DNA from: an uncultured Desulfurococcales archaeon
GTDB lineage: Archaea > Thermoproteota > Thermoprotei_A > Sulfolobales > Acidilobaceae
Direction of reading: 5' to 3'
Length of the DNA: 54,668 nucleotides
Assembly (NCBI GenBank): GCA_964425855.1
Contig: CAYROE010000002.1
Span: 1-54,668, forward strand
Below the pieces are notes generated by a model, which saw nothing but the letters and a program-made list of their open reading frames with translations, searched no databases and had not been told where the DNA came from. Shown here in pieces: positions 38,337 through 48,215 of this stretch; position 1 is the stretch's first letter; every line of letters begins with the position of its first letter. A program made the translations under genes and the position numbers.

Positions 38337-40601
38337 GTGCATGGCCACACGGTGTGTAGAGACTTGACCCAATGGTGGAATAAACCCCTACGCGTGCTCC
38401 AGTTCAATATAGAAGACCCCTACGGATTCTACGCAAACAAGATCTCCGCAGACAACATTATAGCATTGGCAAGAAAAATCCATGCAAATACAGTGATTGT
38501 GTTTGCAAGAGATGCTTGGGGACGGGTATTCTATAGTGGAAGCTCCCTGTACCCTAAACATCCAAATACCCGTCTAGATGTAAGAGAACTTGTTGAAAAA
38601 GGCGAGAAAGAAGGAATACATGTAGTGGTAATGGCAGCCCATACGGCTAACAGATACCTTTACAGGATGCATCCGGACTGGGCTCAGAGAAACAAGAAAG
38701 GAGAAGTTATAGTACTCGAACATTATCCGAGGGCCGAAAGAGTTGTGGATCCCCACTGGCCCCTAATTTGTCCGAATAGTCCAGCGCTAGACCTCTACTT
38801 CGTACCGGAAGTAGAGGAAGCCGTGAGACTAACAGGAGCACATGGACTTCTTCTCGATAGTTTCAGGTATCTTCCTGATCCGCCACGTGCATGCTTCTGC
38901 CAGCACTGTAAGCTCAAATTTAGGAGAGAATACGGGATAGATCTACCTGAAGAAGCGAATATAGAGGATATGGCGTTCAGAGACGCCTGGGAATGGAGAT
39001 ACAATGTCACGGTTAGAGCAATAGCTAGAATGAGGGAAGCCGTGAAGAGAGTCGATCCGGATACACTATTCTTCTATAACAGTCATCCTGCTGGATGGGC
39101 CGGACGGGGAAACATAGTTGTAGCTAAGAGTAGAAGATATCTCGACGCCGTGTTTGCTGAGGCAAGCGAAGTAGACGTGAGAGGCCCTGGAATGTTAACA
39201 ATAGCAACAAAGTTGTCGAAGGCTGTTCTTGGAGATGGAAAACCAGTTTTTGTAAGTAGGAATGCTTTCTATGATCTCAGACCTGTCCAGAGCCCTCCTG
39301 CCTCCACAATAAGACTTGGAATCTACGAGATAGTGGCGTCTGGAGGATATCCTATTGTGACGATGTTCTCCTCTCAGTTCTTCAATGATCAGAGAGCTAT
39401 CAATGCTGTAGAGGAGGCATACAATGTCGTAGAAAAGGTAGAGGAGTATATAGATGGAGCAGTGCCTCTGAGGTATTTGGGAATAGTTTTTGATCCAGAA
39501 ACACATGATAAGTACTACTGGCGTAAACCCGAATACTATATTGGTGAGGTAGAAGGATTCTCATTAATAGGAATGCACCGGCATATACCATGGGAAATAG
39601 TCTCTTCTACAGACTTAACCGAGAAGAGTATAGTAGAAAGGTATCCAGCAATAATTATACCCGATATGGCTATACTAGAGGACGACGCAGCAGATATACT
39701 CGAGAGCTACGTCTATAATGGCGGTCTACTCATAATAACTCATGAATTCGGAGTTATGAGGTCAGACTACACCTACAGAGAATCGCTCGCAATGCAGGAA
39801 ATACTAGGACTCCAATACGAGGGAATATTCTGGTTTGGATACAGTTACCTCCATCTGGGAGACGACAAGATATACAAGGAATATTGGCAGGGCCTTCCCA
39901 GAGCAATACCTTTCGGAGATCACAGCGCAGCCTTTGCAAAGGAAAGAACAGATCCAAAGCTAGGAGAGGTAGTCAGGGTCACACCTGTAGCCGAGGATGT
40001 AAAGGTACTGGGATGGACGCGTCTAGGAAGAAGTGCTTACGGCTATGAATACACTCTGGGTAGAAGCACCCCTGCTCCAGACTCAGTGACGCACCTTGCA
40101 GCCCTCACACTGCGTAGATACGGAAGAGGAACAATAGTATACTATGCACATATGATAGGTGCACACTATTCAAGGCTAGGCCATCCCGACTATGCGGATC
40201 TAGTTACACGAGTTATAGAGAAGCATGGGCCTTCCCAGCCTATCAAGATAAAGGCTCCAGAAACAGTACAAGTGGAGGCGTACAAGCAAGGAGACAGGAT
40301 AATAATACACCTAGTAAACCATACGTTCAACCAGAAAATTCTGAGTGCACCAACAGGCCCGAGCAAGCAGTCATTACCCTCCTTTGAGCCAGGATACAGG
40401 GTACACCCGGTAAGGGAAGTTATACCTGTATACAGAATAGAAATATGTATAAAGAAGACAGCACTGAACCACGAAAGTGTCAGAGCATTCGACCCAGTTA
40501 ACGACACTAAGCTCGAAATAACCGATAAGGGCCAATATATCAGCATAAAAGTACCTGAATTAAAAGAATATAGCGTCATCGTAATCGAGCAAAATAGATA
40601 A
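38337..40601 (+). CDS. Putative glycoside-hydrolase-like protein (GH42/GHL6-like TIM barrel plus a trimerisation-like domain)
   Basis: ANTVIVFARDAWG...LICPNSPALDLYF resembles GH42-type barrels, but the NEY-type catalytic box is not evident. A later NGGLLIITHE block resembles the beta-galactosidase trimerisation domain. This is a weak call. Confidence 0.35.
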   Translation: MHGHTVCRDLTQWWNKPLRVLQFNIEDPYGFYANKISADNIIALARKIHANTVIVFARDAWGRVFYSGSSLYPKHPNTRLDVRELVEKGEKEGIHVVVMAAHTANRYLYRMHPDWAQRNKKGEVIVLEHYPRAERVVDPHWPLICPNSPALDLYFVPEVEEAVRLTGAHGLLLDSFRYLPDPPRACFCQHCKLKFRREYGIDLPEEANIEDMAFRDAWEWRYNVTVRAIARMREAVKRVDPDTLFFYNSHPAGWAGRGNIVVAKSRRYLDAVFAEASEVDVRGPGMLTIATKLSKAVLGDGKPVFVSRNAFYDLRPVQSPPASTIRLGIYEIVASGGYPIVTMFSSQFFNDQRAINAVEEAYNVVEKVEEYIDGAVPLRYLGIVFDPETHDKYYWRKPEYYIGEVEGFSLIGMHRHIPWEIVSSTDLTEKSIVERYPAIIIPDMAILEDDAADILESYVYNGGLLIITHEFGVMRSDYTYRESLAMQEILGLQYEGIFWFGYSYLHLGDDKIYKEYWQGLPRAIPFGDHSAAFAKERTDPKLGEVVRVTPVAEDVKVLGWTRLGRSAYGYEYTLGRSTPAPDSVTHLAALTLRRYGRGTIVYYAHMIGAHYSRLGHPDYADLVTRVIEKHGPSQPIKIKAPETVQVEAYKQGDRIIIHLVNHTFNQKILSAPTGPSKQSLPSFEPGYRVHPVREVIPVYRIEICIKKTALNHESVRAFDPVNDTKLEITDKGQYISIKVPELKEYSVIVIEQNR

Positions 40602-40633
40602 AGAACAACCGTGTTTCATAGAAGTTCTAGTCA

Positions 40634-42019
40634 TTATATTTTATACTTCTTCTTTATTCCAGCAATCACATGTACATGTTTTCCAGAAGCATAGTAGTAT
40701 GCTTCCGCAAGTGCCTCGGAGAGCGTAGGATGAGGATGAACAATCCCATCCTCTAGGTCCCAGATTGTAAGTCTCCGTGCAATAATCCTAGCAGCCTCTC
40801 CAGCAGACTCGGAGGCATTACTATATGCTAATATGATCTTTACGATCCTCCCACTATCTTTTTCATACACGAGTTTGACAAATCCGGGAGATCTCTCGAT
40901 ACGAGATCTGGCTAGGGCATCAGTACGTATTTTCACAGACTCATACTCTTTCACTGGATCAAGACCCGTTGAGACTTCGACTATTTCCGGCTCGATGTAC
41001 ACGACCTGAGGTATAACTGGATCTTTCAAACAATTCTCGTTGCCCACAATGTTCTCGGCCGCAACGATGCTCTCGACTATAGCCTTATGGGCTAGGAGGG
41101 GAGGTCCCGCCACGTCTCCCGCGGCATAGATTTTAGGATTACTTGTTCTCATCCTACAGTCTGTTTTTATAAAGCCTTTATCGTCGATCATAACACCACT
41201 ATTTGAGAGTCCCTTAATATGGCGTGGTCTTCTACCAGTTGCAAAGAGAACCGAGGACACAGATATATTTAGGATTTCACTATGCTTTAATAGGGATACT
41301 TTTACTTTGTCACTTACTATATCTATTCTTTGAACGGTAGTCTTGAAAAATTGTTTAACTCCTTGTTTTGATAAAACTTGTCTCACCAAAATGCCTACGT
41401 CTCGATCCATTTGTGGCAGTGGACGGTCTAGTATCTCGACTAAATATACGTCTGATCCTAGCCCAGTTAATGCATAGGAGAACTCTACACCCACATATCC
41501 GGCTCCAACTACCAGAATACTTTCAGGAGGCTCCTGAATATTGAGAAGACTCCTATTATCATGTATTCTTACGCCGTCGACGGTGAACCCTTTGGGTAGT
41601 ATAGGATCCGACCCTAACGCAAGGAGGACTCCTTTTTGTCCGCAAAGTTCTTTTCCAGATCTAAGTTTAACACAATTATTATTGATATTTAGTGCCTCGT
41701 CATGGAATATTTCGACTCCAGACGCTTCTAGAAGATGCATAATTCCTTTCCTCGTCTCAGAAACTATTTCCTTGACCCAGTCAAACACAGCTTTTTCTTC
41801 TATATTGCCCTTTACCCAATCGTAACCTTTAAGATGATTCGATATTTTTGCAGCATGGATTAGTGCCTTCGTAGGTACACACCCATAGTTCGTGCATTCT
41901 CCACCGAGTAAATTTTTCTCAATGAGAGCTACTTTGAACCCCTTTCTACCCAACAATATTGCAGCTGGGTACCCACCCGGCCCTCCACCTACAATTACCG
42001 CGTCATAGAGCAACGACAT
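40634..42019 (-). CDS. lpdA: Dihydrolipoamide dehydrogenase-family flavoprotein disulfide reductase
   Basis: FAD motif VIVGGGPGGYPAA, redox-active GGECTNYGCVPTK, NAD motif VVGAGYVGVE and C-terminal HPHPTLSEAL. Confidence 0.8.
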   Translation of the reverse strand: MSLLYDAVIVGGGPGGYPAAILLGRKGFKVALIEKNLLGGECTNYGCVPTKALIHAAKISNHLKGYDWVKGNIEEKAVFDWVKEIVSETRKGIMHLLEASGVEIFHDEALNINNNCVKLRSGKELCGQKGVLLALGSDPILPKGFTVDGVRIHDNRSLLNIQEPPESILVVGAGYVGVEFSYALTGLGSDVYLVEILDRPLPQMDRDVGILVRQVLSKQGVKQFFKTTVQRIDIVSDKVKVSLLKHSEILNISVSSVLFATGRRPRHIKGLSNSGVMIDDKGFIKTDCRMRTSNPKIYAAGDVAGPPLLAHKAIVESIVAAENIVGNENCLKDPVIPQVVYIEPEIVEVSTGLDPVKEYESVKIRTDALARSRIERSPGFVKLVYEKDSGRIVKIILAYSNASESAGEAARIIARRLTIWDLEDGIVHPHPTLSEALAEAYYYASGKHVHVIAGIKKKYKI

Positions 42020-42165
42020 TCACCATACAATTAATCTTGATTATTTTAAGTTAAATTAGCATCGAGGCGAGCCATCATATTATTTAAATAGTATAGTGAT
42101 AGTATTGAGGCTAATTCTTTTAAACTTGGATGTGTTTATCCTATTTGATTGGCGTCTGGGGCCAG

Positions 42166-42243
42166 GGGCCCGTCGTCTAGCCTGGTCAGGACGCCGCCCT
42201 TACACGGCGGAGGTCCGGGGTTCAAATCCCCGCGGGCCCACCA
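42166..42243 (+). tRNA. tRNA-Val (anticodon UAC), CCA encoded
   Basis: Hand-folded: GGGCCCG/CGGGCCC acceptor, D arm GTCT-AGCCTGGTCA-GGAC, anticodon arm CCGCC-CTTACAC-GGCGG, T arm CGGGG-TTCAAAT-CCCCG, A, CCA. Confidence 0.93.
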
Positions 42244-42338
42244 AGGTTAGTCTATACTTTTATATATGATTGTTAATTTATACATGTGTGAATTTAGGAT
42301 AATAATGGCAATGGGAGGGTATGCTTATATAATAAAAG

Positions 42339-44165
42339 GTGAATAGGGGATTGAAGGATAAAAAGTTAATCTACTATCTCCAAATTATATTTTTAATAAC
42401 GATAGTGTTCTTAACTCCTTCAATAGTGACATGGTCTGGATCGAGTACTGTGGCGGATGTTGACCTCTATAAGCTAGACGATAAACCTAATATAACAGAA
42501 ATAACGTTTGAATCAAATGGAATTAAAATTAAAATAAATAATTTTGATAACAGACCATTCTTAGATCCAGATGAAAACTTGACAGCATTAATCTATTCAG
42601 CAACAGTATTATATATAGACTTAGATAACAATACGACTACTGGATTTAATGGTACATCAGACTATGGAATAGGAACACCATTAGATAAAACTCCAAATCT
42701 TCCCCTTGGAACCGATATTATCGTCTATCTAGAGGGCGAAGTGTATTCTAGAACAGGAGAAGGATACTACTATTTGGATCCCCTTTTAGCATTCTATCCG
42801 AATGGCACTGTACTCAACATAATAAGAAGTCCTGCTCTTACAGTCTACGATAATATATCAAATATGACAGATTATCTTCAATTAGATAACGATGGTATAT
42901 GGCTAGGAATAAACTGGACATATATCTACGACGTATATATGAATGTTACGAATATAGCAATTGATAAGAATTCGGCAATCATTTATTTATATAGTAAGTC
43001 CTCTTACAAGTGGAGAATCTTCCCATTTGGAAACACATTCACTCATATTATATATGTTGACGATTTTAATAATATCCTAAGGAATCGAATGACTCTACGC
43101 TCTTTGGAACTCGAGCTAGACGGTAATCTCACAGAGTGGACGGACGATTACTTGCTAGGAATAGATAATGACAAATATCCAACATTCGGTGCGGGTTTTG
43201 AAAAGATATATGCAGCAGCAAATGATACTCATCTAATGCTAGGAATTCAACTAGATAATTCTCTACTAGGAAGTATAAGAAATGGTGACATAAACTATGA
43301 GGATTTCCTAACATTATTGACTACAATAAGTAATGAAACTAGTAGTTATACACTAGAAGTCAGATATGATGCCTTTGGATTTTGGAGCATAAAAGCTAAT
43401 GGTACGTCGATAACGTCGTATTCAATAATAAAACTAAATAATAAAGGTAACCAAATAGAGATAGCGATTAATATCTCGGCTATCAACGATCCCAATATAT
43501 TTACTGGAGAAGGAGTAAACATTAGTCTAGAATCAGCTTGGGGAACTACTGGTATCCGCGACGCATTATATGTTCCGTACGACGATGAAAACATGACTTA
43601 TCTTATTTATAGATATAATTTAACGTCGAATAAAGCAACATACGAAGGAATATCTTGGTTCTATCAAAAATATGCTCCAGGAGGTAGTAATATAACATTT
43701 ACCGATCAAAACATTAGAATAATAATGAATCTATCGTCATCTACTGTATTCTATTATGGTTATAGCCCTATAAACCTGGCAAGTTTGGCCAATCCTCCTT
43801 CAGGAAAAATACATGGATACTATTACTTTTCTGTAAGGAATTCATCAAACCTCATATATCCAGTAATAATAAACGTCACTGTAGCTAACCCAACGTCTAA
43901 TATTAAAGTATACTATTACAACAAGTACACTAATAAATACACTACTGTACCCGATACAAATATTATACGAGGAAATGGCTGGATAAAGATACTATTTGAT
44001 GAAGATCTGTATAATAAAGGAGATCCAGTATTCCTACTATCATATACCCCAACAGTTGGAGGAGAACTAGTAGAAAACAAGATAGATCACTCGTTATTAA
44101 TATATGAGATTGCCACTTTTGTTATATTTATAGTATTGGTATACTATTTAAGGTTAATGAAGTAA
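42339..44165 (+). CDS. Asn-rich secreted/surface-anchored protein (N-terminal signal/TM, C-terminal TM anchor, many N-glycosylation sequons)
   Basis: The N-terminal hydrophobic segment is LIYYLQIIFLITIVFL and the C-terminal anchor is IATFVIFIVLVYYL followed by basic residues. I count about 22 N-x-S/T sequons. Coding DNA is very AT-rich. Confidence 0.55.
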   Translation: MNRGLKDKKLIYYLQIIFLITIVFLTPSIVTWSGSSTVADVDLYKLDDKPNITEITFESNGIKIKINNFDNRPFLDPDENLTALIYSATVLYIDLDNNTTTGFNGTSDYGIGTPLDKTPNLPLGTDIIVYLEGEVYSRTGEGYYYLDPLLAFYPNGTVLNIIRSPALTVYDNISNMTDYLQLDNDGIWLGINWTYIYDVYMNVTNIAIDKNSAIIYLYSKSSYKWRIFPFGNTFTHIIYVDDFNNILRNRMTLRSLELELDGNLTEWTDDYLLGIDNDKYPTFGAGFEKIYAAANDTHLMLGIQLDNSLLGSIRNGDINYEDFLTLLTTISNETSSYTLEVRYDAFGFWSIKANGTSITSYSIIKLNNKGNQIEIAINISAINDPNIFTGEGVNISLESAWGTTGIRDALYVPYDDENMTYLIYRYNLTSNKATYEGISWFYQKYAPGGSNITFTDQNIRIIMNLSSSTVFYYGYSPINLASLANPPSGKIHGYYYFSVRNSSNLIYPVIINVTVANPTSNIKVYYYNKYTNKYTTVPDTNIIRGNGWIKILFDEDLYNKGDPVFLLSYTPTVGGELVENKIDHSLLIYEIATFVIFIVLVYYLRLMK

Positions 44166-44367
44166 CTATTTTATTATAAATATTCTAAATCTATATTTTT
44201 CTAGTTAATCATTTCAACACTAATTGAAATAGACTAGTATTATAATTATTTTAAATATTACATTTTTCTTTTAATAGTTCACGATAAAATTTGAAGATGA
44301 TTGTCGTTAATTTAAATACATAAAGTTAAATATTTATTTCAGAAAGAATATAAGTGGTGCTACTGTA

Positions 44368-45753
44368 ATGAAACTTACTTTTGGCCTGCCAGAACTAGAC
44401 AAAATGCTTAAGGAGATGTTGCATTTAAATTCTCTAGTGGTTATTGCAGGCCATCCTGGAGCAGGAAAAACAAGCCTGGCGTCTAAAATCTGCTATGAAA
44501 ACGCTAAGCTCGGCAATAGATGTTTATATATAACTTTCCAAGAGGATAAACGTAAGCTTTTCGAAATAATGAAGAATCTTGGAATCGATCTTGAGTCAGT
44601 AGAGAAAGAAGACTTGTTTAAGTTCATTAAACTACCGATAACTTTTCTAGATGTCGAGAAAATATTAGATGAGATCAATAATCAGATAGCAGACTTTAAA
44701 CCTAGAATAATCGTAATAGATTCAATGAATACGTTTCTAAAGGCTGCAAAGGAAGAAGAGAAACGTGCATATCTGCAAAACTACTTCTATACGTTGTCAA
44801 GCATTATTAATGGCATGGTGGTTTTGATAGCAGAATTACCATTTGGCCAGGAGAGGATTAACCTCGGAGATATAGAATTCGTCGCGGACGCCGTATTAAT
44901 AATGAAGCATAAGATTGAGCGAGGACTGCTTGTCAGAACCATGGAGCTTAGAAAGGCGAGGGGCTCTCCGATCATAGAGGCTGAGATACCATTCTCGATA
45001 GTACAGGGACATGGTATCCGTCTACATGTATCACCTATAATAGAAGAACTCCCAAAACACGAAGAAACCATAACACCTCCGTGCGGCTTGCTGGAGAAAA
45101 CTATCGGTAACACTCCAATAGACTACACTATGTATATCTCGTATCCACCAGACATGAGGCCCGGAGAAGTAGCACCAATCATAATAGCACTAGCAGCTGC
45201 TAATGAGAAAAGAGCGCTAGTTATATCATATAGGTATTCTTCTAAGGCCTTCAAGGAATTAATAATAAACATACTAGAGCAGTTCGGGTACGACGGTGAA
45301 TCCTATTATAGCTATATAAGTAACTACGTCGACTTTATAGGCATAAACCCCTTCGCATTCAGTCTCTCAGAACTCTATCAGAAAGAGATAGATCTTGTGA
45401 CAAGCGGAGACTACGACATAGTAATATTCCATGGTATAGAGCTCGTAGAGAGAACTCTGGAACCAAGATACCTCCATAAGCTAGTGAACCAGTTATTATA
45501 CCTAAAGTCCAAGGGCAAGCTAGTCATACGCTTAGGCTCAGAAATATCCGAAGAAACTTACAGGATGAATGCCGCAATATCAGATATAGTGTTAAGATTC
45601 GAAATACCAGAGTACGCGAAGTACAAGGACTGTAGACTAATGATATGGGCAAGAGGAAATCCTAGATATCATGCGTCATGCGGTGAAATAATAGAATGTG
45701 TACGTGAAAGCATCGAGAAAATGACAGTATCGCGAGGGGAGAGCCTTGGATGA
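44368..45753 (+). CDS. KaiC-like RecA-superfamily ATPase; first domain intact, second domain lacks Walker A
   Basis: FGLPELDKML...VVIAGHPGAGKTSLA...CLYITFQED, then Walker B IIVIDSMN. The second half (residues ~240-461) is KaiC-domain-like but has MRPGEVAPIII where the P-loop should be. Confidence 0.7.
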   Translation: MKLTFGLPELDKMLKEMLHLNSLVVIAGHPGAGKTSLASKICYENAKLGNRCLYITFQEDKRKLFEIMKNLGIDLESVEKEDLFKFIKLPITFLDVEKILDEINNQIADFKPRIIVIDSMNTFLKAAKEEEKRAYLQNYFYTLSSIINGMVVLIAELPFGQERINLGDIEFVADAVLIMKHKIERGLLVRTMELRKARGSPIIEAEIPFSIVQGHGIRLHVSPIIEELPKHEETITPPCGLLEKTIGNTPIDYTMYISYPPDMRPGEVAPIIIALAAANEKRALVISYRYSSKAFKELIINILEQFGYDGESYYSYISNYVDFIGINPFAFSLSELYQKEIDLVTSGDYDIVIFHGIELVERTLEPRYLHKLVNQLLYLKSKGKLVIRLGSEISEETYRMNAAISDIVLRFEIPEYAKYKDCRLMIWARGNPRYHASCGEIIECVRESIEKMTVSRGESLG

Positions 45754-46102
45754 ATTCTCTCTACATAAACTTGAAGAGAAGATAAAGTCCCGGATAAGAG
45801 AAGAGTCCCCGGGACTCTACGGCATACTAGATCTCAACTGTAAGAGAGCCGAGAAAAAGAGCTGTATTAGGCTTCTACTCGAAGAACCTGAGAAATTCGT
45901 CGAAGTGCTTAGTACCTTGTATGATGAAGGAACATTATTTCTTATAATAAGATGGAATTTTATTAGGCCTATCTTCGAGATGCTCGGAATCGAGGACTAT
46001 TATCTTGAAGAGTCATTAGCAGACCTATTGTTCGAGGATCCACAAGAGTTCAAAGAAAAAATCAACAAACTACTAAACGACCTCGGAAAACGCTTCCTCT
46101 AG
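45746..46102 (+). CDS. Hypothetical small acidic protein, overlapping the KaiC-like gene end by 8 nt
   Basis: 118-aa ORF with a TTG start inside the last codons of the upstream gene. Glu/Leu-rich, with no motif recognised. Confidence 0.45.
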   Translation: MDEFSLHKLEEKIKSRIREESPGLYGILDLNCKRAEKKSCIRLLLEEPEKFVEVLSTLYDEGTLFLIIRWNFIRPIFEMLGIEDYYLEESLADLLFEDPQEFKEKINKLLNDLGKRFL

Positions 46103-46105
46103 GCT

Positions 46106-48010
46106 TCAAGCCTTTCTTGTAGCTTTCCTAATGCGGACAAGCGTAGAATTATACACTGCTCCCCCAAGGGAATCTATTCCTGGATCCACTAGTTTGTTGA
46201 TCCGGTTATTATCAAGAGTCCAGGCACTCCTATAGACGAATATTATGCCTTGAGGAACCTGGTTTGTGATCTTTGCCCTCATAAAGACTCTACCCTTCTC
46301 ATTATAGATTTCAACAAGATCATTATTTTCTAACTCATACTGCCTCGCGTCTTCAACCGAGATAAACACGATTGAAGGTATTCTCCCGTATACGTCCTCG
46401 AACTGGCTATGAGTATACAAGGGATGTGCTCCAGACACCAATACGAGGTATCCTTCAGGAACCCTGGGAGGTAGAGGCTCTGGTAACGGACTATAACCCC
46501 TAATAGGGGCACGTTGAGAATAGAATTCGATTTTACCGCTAGGAGTCTGATACTCGTCTAGTCTCCTGTAAGGGATCTCGACAATCCTCAACTGTCTAGC
46601 AATATCTACTAACCCGCCAGTATCTATGGAAAGCCTACGCCAGGGATTCTCTAAGTAGCCATCATTTATCCCCAATGAATTAGCCAGCCTCCTTGCCAGC
46701 TCTAGCTCTGAGATGGCCTCTGGAGGCTCCGGGAGAAGAGGCTTATTATATATGAGGTAATTATGCCAGTAACTATAGACGAGGTCTTCTTTTTCCAGAT
46801 ATGTGGGGGCCGGGATAACTAGGTCGGCTAGTCTAGCAGTATCACTCCAATGAGTTTCATGAACAACGACAAATAGGTCATCTCGAAGCAGGTTATTCTT
46901 TATCCTCTCGGCCTCGGGATATGTGGCTGCTGGATTAGTGAGGAAAACGAATACTAGTTTATAATCGTCCTTCTCAAGGTATTCTGCGAGCATGGACTGT
47001 GGAATTGTTCTGGCCGGTGGCGGCGTTAACTCGTTGAAGGGTAATAAGAGGCCCGATGTATTACTATAGAAGAAGCCCCTATGGACTCCGACTAGTGCAG
47101 GAAGCAGACTTATGGCTCTGACAGCTTCTCCTCCACCATATCTCCGCTGTAGACCGTAGCCTATGAAGATTATGCTGGGCTTTGTCTTTGCATATGTATA
47201 GGCGAATTCCTCTATTAATCGTTGTGGAAGACCTGTATAGCGAGATACATAGTCTAAATCGTATTTCTTTACATGTTCGCGAAACTGCTCAAAACCAAAC
47301 GTGTGTTCTTCAACGAATCTTTTATCATAGAGCTCGTTCTGTATTATGTAGTTCGCGAGACCAAGAGCAAGGATGCCATCGCTTCCAGGCCGTATTATAA
47401 TCCTTATATCCGAAGACTTCATCGTCTCAGTATTCCTCACATCAATAGTAGCGATCATGGCGTCACGGACCTTTTTCGCTTCCAGAGCAATCTTGAATCC
47501 GTGAAGATTTGATACTGCCGCGTTTACTCCCCAGTAAACGATTAAACGTGCATCATTAATAGACTCCGGCAATACCCCATAGTCTAATCCATAATGTAGA
47601 CTTATACCGATCGACCCGGAATAATCGCAGATATTGTAATCAGTGAATGTAGCCCCTAGAAGCCTCCAGAAGCGGAGGGGCAACAATCTAGTTAACACTC
47701 CTCTATTTCCAGCATAGTCAACTACTAATATTTTATCCGCCCCATATTCATCGAGGACCTCTCTTACACGGGAAACGAGAATACCGATAGCTTCATCCAG
47801 AGTTATCCTCCGGTAAAGACCTAATTTCTTGTCAACCGCGATAACAGGGTACCGTAATCTATTTCTTGAACTAGCACGCTTCAAGTCCGCGTGTGCTCTA
47901 GCACAAGTAGGACCAGTGGTCAGGAATCCGTCTATATTACGCAGAGTACTATCTAGGGCTAGAACACAGGTGTCGTAACAGTCTCGGGGACATCCTACTA
48001 GTCTCATCAT
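46106..48010 (-). CDS. Molybdopterin (bis-MGD) oxidoreductase catalytic subunit, DMSO reductase/MopB superfamily, cytoplasmic type
   Basis: N-terminal Fe-S Cys cluster GCPRDCYDTC...PTCARA and a MopB-like body (IIRPGSDG, GYGLQR). A C-terminal beta-barrel-like end. No twin-arginine signal. Confidence 0.75.
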   Translation of the reverse strand: MMRLVGCPRDCYDTCVLALDSTLRNIDGFLTTGPTCARAHADLKRASSRNRLRYPVIAVDKKLGLYRRITLDEAIGILVSRVREVLDEYGADKILVVDYAGNRGVLTRLLPLRFWRLLGATFTDYNICDYSGSIGISLHYGLDYGVLPESINDARLIVYWGVNAAVSNLHGFKIALEAKKVRDAMIATIDVRNTETMKSSDIRIIIRPGSDGILALGLANYIIQNELYDKRFVEEHTFGFEQFREHVKKYDLDYVSRYTGLPQRLIEEFAYTYAKTKPSIIFIGYGLQRRYGGGEAVRAISLLPALVGVHRGFFYSNTSGLLLPFNELTPPPARTIPQSMLAEYLEKDDYKLVFVFLTNPAATYPEAERIKNNLLRDDLFVVVHETHWSDTARLADLVIPAPTYLEKEDLVYSYWHNYLIYNKPLLPEPPEAISELELARRLANSLGINDGYLENPWRRLSIDTGGLVDIARQLRIVEIPYRRLDEYQTPSGKIEFYSQRAPIRGYSPLPEPLPPRVPEGYLVLVSGAHPLYTHSQFEDVYGRIPSIVFISVEDARQYELENNDLVEIYNEKGRVFMRAKITNQVPQGIIFVYRSAWTLDNNRINKLVDPGIDSLGGAVYNSTLVRIRKATRKA

Positions 48011-48215
48011 GCCTCAAATCAGATATTCTTACAGGGATGAGAATAAATAACCTATATGTATAGGGAGATGTATCCAATCGAGAAAAATCGAGTTCTTATA
48101 GACTCTGGGAGAAGAAGCATAAATTATAAATCATGCAATATTATAGATAACTAAGAATTAGGTAAGGATTCTATGCTAAATATTTAAGTAAGTAATATGG
48201 TGAGGTGGAGGAATA

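Noticed and set aside
44166-44367. The almost pure A/T 200-nt spacer as a replication origin (DUE).
   Set aside because: No ORB or mini-ORB-like inverted repeats flank it, and the only repeat is a 7-bp ATTTCAA/TTGAAAT hairpin. No orc1/cdc6 or whiP gene is nearby. It is more simply the promoter region of the KaiC-like gene within a low-GC segment.
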